This document shows, piece by piece, positions 56,458-64,000 of a stretch of 64,000 nt of DNA. This stretch comes from Ignavibacteriales bacterium. GTDB lineage: Bacteria > Bacillota > Sulfobacillia > JABLXB01. The stretch's first letter is position 1, and every line of letters starts with the position of its first letter. Location: assembly GCA_050260105.1 (NCBI GenBank), contig JBLNBR010000033.1:106099-170098 (forward strand). Reading direction: 5' to 3'. The translations under genes and the position numbers were made by a program. Below the pieces are notes generated by a model. The model did not search any database. It was not told the origin of the DNA and saw only the letters and a list, made by a program, of their open reading frames with translations.

Positions 56458-58246
56458 TCCCGTTCACGACATCGGGTTGAAGATGATAAACAGGGCCCTG
56501 GCGGAGCACGGGCACCAGACAGTCCTGCTGCAACCGGACCTTCCCCCGGAGGAAATCGTGGCGGAGATGGCCAGGTCCGGTTGTGAGTTCGCGTTGATCG
56601 GGCGGACGCTGGGTTACGGAGTGGCGGACGTCCTGTCGAAACTGGCTGACCTGGCGGACGCGGCGGGGGTAAGGCGGAGGGTGAAGATGGTCGTGGGCGG
56701 CATGGCCATACGACCGGAGATTGCCGCCGAAATGGGCTATGACGCCGGGTTCGGTCCCGGCACGCCGGTCGAGGAGGTGGTCGCCTACGTCGAGGGGCGG
56801 CCGTACGAGGTGACGGGCCGCACCGCCGGTCGTGTGAAGCCGTCTCTGACGGCGGGCTATTCATACGGTTGCAGGGACGCCCAGATAGAACGGTTACTCG
56901 AATCCATCTCTTCGGAGGCCGTGGCATGGGCGAAGAGCGTGACCTCGCCGGGAGTGGAAAGGGCGAGGGTAAGGCGGCGGATGTTCGAGGCGAAGCGATC
57001 GGCGGACGAGGCCGGGCTGAAGGGCCTGATCGACGAGTACGTGAAGCTGTGCGACCCGGTCGTGGCCGCGTCGTATGAAGGACGACCCGTGAGTAAGACC
57101 AGGCCGGTCTCGGCCGCCGAGAAAGCGGCCCTGGCGTCGCATGTCGACGAGGTGAGGGCGAAGAAGAATCCGCAGTCGGTCCGCCACGGGAAAGACAGGC
57201 CGGTCGTTTTCATCCAGTATGGCACGGGTTGCCCATTGATGGACGTGGCTCACATCGAGGTCGGCGAATCGTGGGGCGCCGAAGGTGTAGTGCACTTCGA
57301 CCCGTCGTGGGCCGCCAGGAAGGAAGGCATGCTCCAGGGGGAGCTCACCCATGAGGAGGATGGTTCGCTCATAACCGAGGGCAACCTCAGATTGACCAGG
57401 TCCGGGATTATGGAGTCGACTCTCTGGCAAGTGAGGGCCCACAGGGGATTGAACACGGCCGAGACTGTAGCCCTCGCGGGGGAGTGCGGAGCGTCACTCA
57501 CCAAGATCAACATGGCGTACGGTTCCCTTGGTGGCGGAACCGACCCCGAGAGACTCGTGGTCGACGGCGTCGAAGCGATGGTGCAGGCAGTTTCGTATGG
57601 GTTACCGTTTGACGTGGTGACCAACGAGGAATTGTGCGGTGTACCCGCCCACAAGGCGTTCGCGGGAATGCTGATAGTCGCTTCGATGGCGAAACGCCTC
57701 GGCGGGAAGCCGATACTCCAGCCACTGTTTTGCTACTCCCCCCAGGTGATGATAGAGGGGCAGATGAAGGACAACTACGTCGACTTCAACGCCGCCAAAG
57801 TGATCGCGCTCCGCAGGATAATGGACGCGCCGATCTGGCCGGGCGCCCCGGTGGGGTTCCTTACTCACACCGAGGACAGGGTTCAGGCATCGATGACGAC
57901 TGCCCTCCACGCCTGCCTCGCGTCGTCCCTTGGCGTGGACGCGATATCCATATCATCAGCGGACGAGGCCTACTCGGGCGGTCCCATATCGGCGGCGGCC
58001 AGGGTCGACACGCTCACGGCGGTGCGTGAAGGATTCCGCTTCTTCGGCGCGGCCTCCGTGACGCCCACCATGAAGGCGGAGGAGTGGGCTTCGGGGCTCG
58101 TGGAAGGCATAGCGGGGGTTCTGGAAGAGGTGTCTCGCAGGGGATCGTTCGTGGCCGCGCTCTACGAGGGAATACTCGGTACCAGGGAGGAAGGCGCCTA
58201 CCCGGGTCGCTCCGGCCGGGGGACTGTGAGAAAGGCAAGTACGTGA
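56426..58246 (+). CDS. Cobalamin-dependent protein: N-terminal B12-binding domain fused to a mutase-like barrel
   Basis: DPVHDIG, VVGG, GYDAGFGPGT B12-domain motifs; C-terminal QVRAHRG and SISSADEAY segments. Confidence 0.8.
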   Translation: MGRKVLLAPLDPVHDIGLKMINRALAEHGHQTVLLQPDLPPEEIVAEMARSGCEFALIGRTLGYGVADVLSKLADLADAAGVRRRVKMVVGGMAIRPEIAAEMGYDAGFGPGTPVEEVVAYVEGRPYEVTGRTAGRVKPSLTAGYSYGCRDAQIERLLESISSEAVAWAKSVTSPGVERARVRRRMFEAKRSADEAGLKGLIDEYVKLCDPVVAASYEGRPVSKTRPVSAAEKAALASHVDEVRAKKNPQSVRHGKDRPVVFIQYGTGCPLMDVAHIEVGESWGAEGVVHFDPSWAARKEGMLQGELTHEEDGSLITEGNLRLTRSGIMESTLWQVRAHRGLNTAETVALAGECGASLTKINMAYGSLGGGTDPERLVVDGVEAMVQAVSYGLPFDVVTNEELCGVPAHKAFAGMLIVASMAKRLGGKPILQPLFCYSPQVMIEGQMKDNYVDFNAAKVIALRRIMDAPIWPGAPVGFLTHTEDRVQASMTTALHACLASSLGVDAISISSADEAYSGGPISAAARVDTLTAVREGFRFFGAASVTPTMKAEEWASGLVEGIAGVLEEVSRRGSFVAALYEGILGTREEGAYPGRSGRGTVRKAST

Positions 58247-58260
58247 CAGGTGAGTGCGCC

Positions 58261-59424
58261 ATGGGAGAGCAGTGCAGGCTTGGGGGACGCCCCGCGGGCG
58301 TCAGTGTCGGCGTAGCCGGGACCGCAAAGAACACCGGTAAGACGACGACCTTGATGGGCGCCATGCGGGAATGCCAGGAGCGCGGGCGCCTGGTGCGCGT
58401 TACGAGCATAGGGTTCGACGGGGAGGACGTGGATAACGTCACGGGCCTGCCCAAGCCGCGGATATACTGCGACAGGGGTACGCTGTTCGCGACGGCGCGC
58501 GGGTGCGTCAAGGCTGGGAGCGCGCGGGTTCGCCTGCTTGCGGGGACAAGTATCGAGACCGCCCTGGGGCAGGTCGTTGTTGGGGTCGTTGAGCGTGAGG
58601 GCCTTGTGGTGCTCGCGGGGCCGAACAAGACTCCGGATCTCCAGTCGCTGCTACAGATTATCGAGGAGGTCGACCGGCGCCCGGGTGTCACGCTGGTTGA
58701 TGGCGCATTTGGCAGGATGGCCCCGATGAGCATCCTTGACGCGATCGTCCTGGCGACCGGCGCGGCGAGGAACCCGTCCATCGACCTCCTGGTCAGTGAG
58801 ACCAGGGACATGGTGCAGGTGTTCGACATCCCGAGGGCGCCGGCGGGGGTGGCGGGTGTGGAACAGTCCTGCGGCGAATTCCGTCTCAGGGGTGGGCGAA
58901 CCGAGGTGTTGCCGGAAGCGGGCCTCCTGGGGCCCGTGAAACCGCCCGCGGGCCGGGAATGCGTGGAGTACCTTGACATCCCAGGGGCGGTGTTCCCGCC
59001 GGCGCTCGCAGCCCTTGCGGAGGCGCTTGGTCCAAGGTTGCGGGCAGCGCACGTGGTGCTCTCATCGCCGGCAAGCCTCCTGGTCAGCGGGGATCCGCCT
59101 GCCGCGGCAAGGGCCGTGGCGCAGCTGAGGTCGTTTGGGGCGAGGGTGTGGGTCCGGAGGCGGCCGCGCCTCCTGGGGATCACAGTAAACCCGTACTATC
59201 CGGTGAGGGTGTCCGCAGGCAACTATGAGCCGAGGTTCGTGGACGCGTTGGAGATGATGCGCTCGTTCAGGAAGGATGTGGCGCGGCCGGTATGGGACAT
59301 AGTCAGGGAGGGCGCGGGTGGTCTGGGAGAAACCCTTGAGTCCATGATGAACCGCGTAGAATCTGAAGGTAAGGAGGGGACTCTCAACGAATATCCACTA
59401 TGCCGGGATAACGTCGATTGGTGA
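58261..59424 (+). CDS. KamB-like P-loop protein (putative B12-mutase reactivation factor)
   Basis: GTAKNTGKTT, TSIGFDGE, PKPRI, LAGP, LVDGAFGR, VLATGA, TVNP. Confidence 0.7.
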   Translation: MGEQCRLGGRPAGVSVGVAGTAKNTGKTTTLMGAMRECQERGRLVRVTSIGFDGEDVDNVTGLPKPRIYCDRGTLFATARGCVKAGSARVRLLAGTSIETALGQVVVGVVEREGLVVLAGPNKTPDLQSLLQIIEEVDRRPGVTLVDGAFGRMAPMSILDAIVLATGAARNPSIDLLVSETRDMVQVFDIPRAPAGVAGVEQSCGEFRLRGGRTEVLPEAGLLGPVKPPAGRECVEYLDIPGAVFPPALAALAEALGPRLRAAHVVLSSPASLLVSGDPPAAARAVAQLRSFGARVWVRRRPRLLGITVNPYYPVRVSAGNYEPRFVDALEMMRSFRKDVARPVWDIVREGAGGLGETLESMMNRVESEGKEGTLNEYPLCRDNVDW

Positions 59425-59800
59425 CCTGAAGCAGGAGATTATCAAGATCAACAACAGGGTCAACCAGTCTCTTTTCGGCAACGGATTGAGATGGCAGAAG
59501 GTCGATGTGATCGGGCAGAAGATAATCATTCTAGCGGAAAACATGAGGGTGAAGCCCCTTGCCGCCATAGATGACAAGGATCGCCTTGCGACCAGGCTGG
59601 CCGATATCGCACTCTTGAACGAGTACAAATCCAGGCTGCGGCAAGAGATCCAGGAATCGCTCGGCATCACTGTGAGATCCATCCTGAAGGACTACGACCC
59701 GGAGTACCAGCTGGCGGGGACTATTATCGTGACGGAGGAGAGGCTCGAGGACCTGGAGGTTCCAGAGCAGGGGGAAACCAGGTCGCGAAGTGACGATTAG
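59387..59800 (+). CDS. DUF2294 (MpsC-like) protein; probable ACG start
   Basis: GDLKQEIIKINN..LFGNG..QKV..ILKDYD pattern; frame open from 59360; AAGGAGG at 59371; first standard start only at 59486. Confidence 0.68.
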   Translation, partial: TNIHYAGITSIGDLKQEIIKINNRVNQSLFGNGLRWQKVDVIGQKIIILAENMRVKPLAAIDDKDRLATRLADIALLNEYKSRLRQEIQESLGITVRSILKDYDPEYQLAGTIIVTEERLEDLEVPEQGETRSRSDD

Positions 59801-59941
59801 CGGAACCGGATACGCGCTACTGAACCAGGGTAGCTGGCTGCGGGGAGCTCCTGCGGAGAGCCCCGCGAGACCGCTGAACTATCCCGGGACGGGAGGCCGC
59901 CATGACGTGGCGCCGGACCGCTCGGGGGGCAGCGGTTTTTT
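59801..59941 (+). promoter_or_regulatory. Structured leader/attenuator ending in an intrinsic terminator
   Basis: Several hairpins, then GACCGCT-N8-AGCGGTT-TTTT; AGACCGCTG at 59868 is a second partner for the terminator 3' arm. Confidence 0.55.
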
Positions 59942-59981
59942 GGTTGTGTTGGGTCAACTAGCACTGAATGGGGGTGGGGTA

Positions 59982-61004
59982 TTGGACAAGCCGGTGACCG
60001 TGGCGGACGTTGTTGCTGCGCTTGACAGGATCACAGGCGGACGAGTGTGCAGGCAGGCATCGGACCTTTTCTCCGGCAAGAGCAGGTTTGTGGTCACGAA
60101 GACGTCGGGGATCCCCGGCAAGGCCGTTACTGAGACTCCGGGCCTCGTGTTCGGCGACCCCGGGCAGGTGGTGAAGAAACTCGCGGTATGTATGACGCTC
60201 ACCGAGAGTCACATCGAGCTCGCCGGCGCCACTGGCGTCGACGCGATCGTGGCCCATCACCCGGTGGCCGACGCGGCGAACTCCGGGGGTGTGCCGTTGA
60301 AGACCTACCTCGGACTGTACGGCATCGCGGCCCTGGAACTCCATGAGGCGTTCCACGGTCTTCACCCCGGGATCACGTACCTTCACGGGCACAAGCCGTT
60401 CAGGGTCGACATCGCGTACGGCGGGTTACCGGGCAACGTCATGTCGGTGGGCGCCGCCCTCGAGGGCGTGAAGACGGCGGGAGACATCCTCAAGCGATTG
60501 GCTCGCTTCATGGGGTACGACGATGAGCACGCGATGCTCCTTGCGGAGAGGAAGGTGCGCAAGTCGGATTCCGTCCAGGAGACGAACGTCGCGACGGGTG
60601 GATGTATATTGAATGGTGACGAGTCCAGCCCCGTGAAGACGATACTGCACATTCACCCGCACACGGGCTTCACCACCGCCCATCTCGAGCAGGCCAAGAA
60701 GGAGTATCCCGAGATCGATACGGTGCTTGCCTCCATAAGCCGCGTACGACGGGAACACCCGCTCGTCGAGAAGGCCAGGGAACTCGGACTGACGTTCGTC
60801 GTCGGCAACTCACATGCCATGGAGATCCTCGAGAACGGCGTCCCGCTTGCGGCGGCTATTCAGGCGGCGCTGCCGGGCGTGGAAGTAGTCGTGTTGAGAG
60901 ACAGGGTATCGAGCTACCCGCTCTCCGAAATCGGCACGGTTGCGATACGGGAGTACGGCAGGGAGATGTCGGAGAAGTACCTGCTTCAGGAATCTAACCG
61001 TTAG
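59982..61004 (+). CDS. Nif3-like dinuclear metal-centre protein
   Basis: GLVFGDP..VKKLAV, DAIVAHHP, LHEAFH, GNSHAME; TTG start chosen. Confidence 0.78.
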   Translation: MDKPVTVADVVAALDRITGGRVCRQASDLFSGKSRFVVTKTSGIPGKAVTETPGLVFGDPGQVVKKLAVCMTLTESHIELAGATGVDAIVAHHPVADAANSGGVPLKTYLGLYGIAALELHEAFHGLHPGITYLHGHKPFRVDIAYGGLPGNVMSVGAALEGVKTAGDILKRLARFMGYDDEHAMLLAERKVRKSDSVQETNVATGGCILNGDESSPVKTILHIHPHTGFTTAHLEQAKKEYPEIDTVLASISRVRREHPLVEKARELGLTFVVGNSHAMEILENGVPLAAAIQAALPGVEVVVLRDRVSSYPLSEIGTVAIREYGREMSEKYLLQESNR

Positions 61005-61036
61005 GAACTACTGCGAAACAGGGGGTTGACAGTAGA

Positions 61037-62116
61037 ATGGCTCAGATGGAAAAGGGTGTTGCGAAGCGGCCGTTGAAGTCCATCGAGGTCGTAGGCCTCG
61101 TGATCCTGGCCCTGTCCATGGTTGGGTTGTTCGTGAACCCGGGGTTCATCGGCGGGATTTTCGATGCGATGGTGAACAGGGTCAAGGGCATCGTCGTCGA
61201 CGCATACCTCACCAAGACCCTGGGCTGCGCCATCATATGCAGCGTCCTCATGGGCAGGGTCCTCGAGAGGCTGGGCATGACGGACGCCCTGCTGCGTGTA
61301 TTCATGCCCGTTGCGTCGTTCCTGGGCGTGAACCCCGCGGTGATTGTGCCGGGCGTGTACAACATCCTCGGTGACATCAACGCGGCGGGCCGCATCTCGG
61401 GCCCTGTGCTGAAAAGGGCCGGCGCCACCAAGGACGAGCAGAAGATCGCCGTGGCAACGATGGTGCAGTCTCAGCAGTCATTCTCCACGTTCATGCTCGG
61501 CTTGATAGCGATGTCCAATGGCGGAATCTGGGCGTTTCCAGTGATCATCCTCGGGGTTTTCGCTCCGCTCGTGGTGGTGCCGCTTCTCCTGTCCAAGACG
61601 ATCTACCGGAACACGAAGAGGGTCACACTCGACGAGCTACCCTCGTTCACCCCGAACACCGGCGTATTGCAGACGCTTTCCAACGGTACCAAAGAGGGCG
61701 CGGAGATCATGTTCCTGCTGATCATCCCCGCGGCAGCCATGGTCTTCTCAATCATCGGCGCCCTTGAGTACATCAAGGTGTGGCAGCCGATCGAGGCGGG
61801 CCTCACCTCGGTGCTGAGCGCCCTGTCGATCGATCCCAAGACAGGCATCCTGTCGGTGCTGGCATCGCCCACCCTGGCGATGAACACGCTGAAGGACACC
61901 GCGGCGACGCTGGCGCCCAAGCTCGTCGTCGGCTCATTCGTCCTTGCCGCGTCAGGATTCCCGCTCCAGGTCATCTTCGGGCAGATCCCGGCCGTGTGGG
62001 CGGCGAACTCTAACCTCAACGAACGCGAGGCCATGGAGGCCGCGACCCTGGGCGCGATTCTCAGGGTGGTGAGCGCGTTCCTACTGGCGATCTTGCTCAC
62101 GCCTCTGGTGAGCTAG
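61037..62116 (+). CDS. Multi-pass membrane protein, probable transporter (Gate/nucleoside-recognition-like)
   Basis: About 9-10 hydrophobic segments; LERLGM, GTKEGAEI motifs reminiscent of SpmA/SpmB-type Gate domains. Confidence 0.7.
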   Translation: MAQMEKGVAKRPLKSIEVVGLVILALSMVGLFVNPGFIGGIFDAMVNRVKGIVVDAYLTKTLGCAIICSVLMGRVLERLGMTDALLRVFMPVASFLGVNPAVIVPGVYNILGDINAAGRISGPVLKRAGATKDEQKIAVATMVQSQQSFSTFMLGLIAMSNGGIWAFPVIILGVFAPLVVVPLLLSKTIYRNTKRVTLDELPSFTPNTGVLQTLSNGTKEGAEIMFLLIIPAAAMVFSIIGALEYIKVWQPIEAGLTSVLSALSIDPKTGILSVLASPTLAMNTLKDTAATLAPKLVVGSFVLAASGFPLQVIFGQIPAVWAANSNLNEREAMEAATLGAILRVVSAFLLAILLTPLVS

Positions 62117-62154
62117 GGGCTTCGAGGCGACACACCTGCCGCGACTCAAGCGAA

Positions 62155-62187
62155 GGAGGAGGGGCTCGACCCTCCTCCATTGCCTTT
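62155..62187. terminator. Hairpin between convergent genes
   Basis: GGAGGAGGG-GCTCGA-CCCTCCTCC. Confidence 0.55.
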
Positions 62188-62193
62188 CCGGGG

Positions 62194-62667
62194 TCAGGGG
62201 GACAGCGCACCGGTTATGTCGAACCTGAACAGCCCCCTGGACGGCCAGCTCATCGTGACGTCCGGCCTCCGCAGGGATATGTCTAGTTGCCTGCGCGGGC
62301 CGCCGCCATCGAGGACGACCTGGAACGAGAAATCCATGCAGAAGAGCCCGGGATCGAGGACGGCGTTGTTGTCCACTATGACTACCAGCCTGTCTCCCTC
62401 CTCCAGGTTCACGGGGCAGGGTGTGGCCCCGTGGGCCTCGATGGGCCCGAAACCGATCCCAGTGTACGTGTCGGAGTGGGTATATGTTGCGGACCTGCCC
62501 GTGGCGGCGATGCGCTTTCCCGGAAGGATCATCCCGTTCAGGCCCCAGCGGTCGCTGCCCTGCGAAGCGGGCACGGCCCGGCCGTTCAGCTCGAGGCCCA
62601 GATTGAAGTATGTAGTGAGGTCTACGCTGATGCTGGTCTCCGCGATCAAGTCGACTCCGATATTCAC
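62194..62667 (-). CDS. Hypothetical protein (paralog B)
   Basis: AAAGGAGGTG RBS; aligns by eye with the upstream ORF. Confidence 0.75.
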   Translation of the reverse strand: MNIGVDLIAETSISVDLTTYFNLGLELNGRAVPASQGSDRWGLNGMILPGKRIAATGRSATYTHSDTYTGIGFGPIEAHGATPCPVNLEEGDRLVVIVDNNAVLDPGLFCMDFSFQVVLDGGGPRRQLDISLRRPDVTMSWPSRGLFRFDITGALSP

Positions 62668-63146
62668 CGCGGTTCACCTCCCTTTCTCACGCCGAATACC
62701 GGCCATACGCCCAGATCCACGCGGAAGCGGCCGCGTCCTTCCCAGTCCACCGTGACCCCCGGCCTGGATAGGGCCAGTTCCCCGTGGGATCTCCCGCTTT
62801 CGCCCACTATCCTCACGGCCGTGGTTCCCTGAATCTCCCCCTGACTGAAGGGGATGGAGGTCCTCAGGAGGAACCCGATCCTATCGCGGGGGCGGATTGC
62901 GACGTGAACCAGATACGCGGGGCGGACGCGCAGCACGTAGGCAGGGGACAGCCCCGAATCCCAGATATTCAGGCGTCCTGTGGCGACAAGACGGTGGCCC
63001 GCCTTTATCGCCGCGGCCGTGCGGTACTCGTCCCTGCCGGCGGTGTTCTCCTGGACGGCGCCGTTCACGATCACACGCGCTTCGAAGTGGCTGCCCGGGG
63101 GGATGAGGAGATCGCAGAGAGAGACCAGTTCGATGCCGAGTCTCAC
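62664..63146 (-). CDS. Hypothetical protein (paralog A)
   Basis: GGAGGTG RBS before GTG 63146; GTGA overlap with paralog B. Confidence 0.75.
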   Translation of the reverse strand: MRLGIELVSLCDLLIPPGSHFEARVIVNGAVQENTAGRDEYRTAAAIKAGHRLVATGRLNIWDSGLSPAYVLRVRPAYLVHVAIRPRDRIGFLLRTSIPFSQGEIQGTTAVRIVGESGRSHGELALSRPGVTVDWEGRGRFRVDLGVWPVFGVRKGGEPR

Positions 63147-63294
63147 CGGAGCCACCTCCGCCTGGCCGGATTATCATATTCCCGGCGCCATCGTCGTGTG
63201 ATGGGGCCTGTGCCAGGGAAGGATCATCCAGGGGACGTTGCATGCAGGAGGAAACGGTAGGGTTCCGGCGAAACACAGTGGGGGTGAAAACGCC

Positions 63295-64000
63295 TTGGCG
63301 TCCGGAGGGTTGCAGAGAGTCCAGAAAGCCCTGGCGGCGGCGGGCGCGGGCTCGAGGCGCTCATGTGAGAGGCTCGTGGCCGAGGGGCGCGTCAGGATAA
63401 ACGGACGGGCAGCGACCTTGGGATCCAGGGTGGACCCGCTCGTCGATAGTGTCACGGTCGACGGAAAGCCGGTGGACCTCCGTCCCGCGCGGACGGTGTG
63501 CATCATGCTCCACAAGCCGCGGGGGTACATAACCACCAGGTCGGATACCCACGGACGGAAGACAGTCATGGACCTGGTGGGCCGCGACATCCCCGGGCTT
63601 CACCCCGTGGGCCGGCTGGACTATGATACTGAAGGGATCCTTCTCCTGACCAACGATGGGTCGCTGACCTACCAGTTGACACATCCCAGGCACGAGGTGG
63701 ACAAGACCTACGAGGTGACGGTGTCGAGGATTCCGGACGGTGAGACGCTGGACGCGCTGAGGCGGGGCGTCGAGCTCGATGAAGGCGTCACGTCCGAGGC
63801 GGCGGTCAGGCTGTTGCGTGCGCGTGGGGACAAGGCCGTCGTGGAAGTGACGGTCCACCAGGGATGGAAAAGGCAGATACGCAGGATGTTCGAAGCGCTC
63901 GGCTACCGGGTGCTGAGACTGAAGAGGACCAGGTACGGGCGCCTGGCTCTCGGCGGACTCAAGCGTGGGCAGTTCAGGTGGCTCACGGACGATGAGATCG
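63295..64000 (+). CDS. rluB: 23S rRNA pseudouridine synthase RluB-like (partial, runs off window)
   Basis: QRVQKALAAAG.GSRR S4 domain, HKPRGYIT, HPVGRLDYDTEGILLLTNDG, G.KRQIRRM. Confidence 0.92.
   Translation, partial: MASGGLQRVQKALAAAGAGSRRSCERLVAEGRVRINGRAATLGSRVDPLVDSVTVDGKPVDLRPARTVCIMLHKPRGYITTRSDTHGRKTVMDLVGRDIPGLHPVGRLDYDTEGILLLTNDGSLTYQLTHPRHEVDKTYEVTVSRIPDGETLDALRRGVELDEGVTSEAAVRLLRARGDKAVVEVTVHQGWKRQIRRMFEALGYRVLRLKRTRYGRLALGGLKRGQFRWLTDDEI

Noticed and set aside
59801-59945. Cobalamin riboswitch near the B12 enzyme
   Set aside because: No B12 box or GGGAA/GCCACUG core
59790-59981. N-terminal extension of the Nif3-like ORF in the ORF track
   Set aside because: Runs through hairpins and a terminator; TTG at 59982 with a G-rich RBS is more plausible

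Overview
GC-rich chromosome segment of an endospore-forming, probably anaerobic Bacillota bacterium; almost all genes are on the + strand. The backbone is the conserved sporulation superlocus: spoIIIAC'-AH, asp23-amaP-nusB, nfnAB, xseAB-ispA, an OLE RNA with oapA, tlyA-nadK-argR-recN-spoIVB-spo0A, a sigma54 activator with two tandem Leu/Val-type dehydrogenases, nudF-endoQ-spoIIM-ald-xerD-deoB-dacF-spoIIAA/AB-sigF, spoVAC-E, a Ger receptor operon, a PlsA/PlsR-like activase triad, scpAB, ytfIJ, ku-ligD, spmAB and a partial rluB. Three things are not explained by this backbone. (1) A ~400-nt minus-strand element (50298-50700) upstream of an sspF-like gene folds by hand into a six-way junction whose six linkers all read G(A/G)GCNAA. 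(2) A 10-gene catabolic-looking cluster (52112-62116) encodes a fused glutamate-mutase-like B12 enzyme, a KamB-like ATPase, a SelA-like PLP enzyme, a GidA-like flavoprotein, a Nif3-like protein and a transporter, with its own FadR-type regulator and a repeated palindromic operator. (3) An attenuator-like leader follows a DUF2294-like gene that appears to start at ACG. A 17-codon folD scar and a pair of unknown paralogs were also seen. No CRISPR array, rRNA, tRNA or transposase was found. All family calls come from motif recognition and gene order, not database searches; start codons are best guesses.
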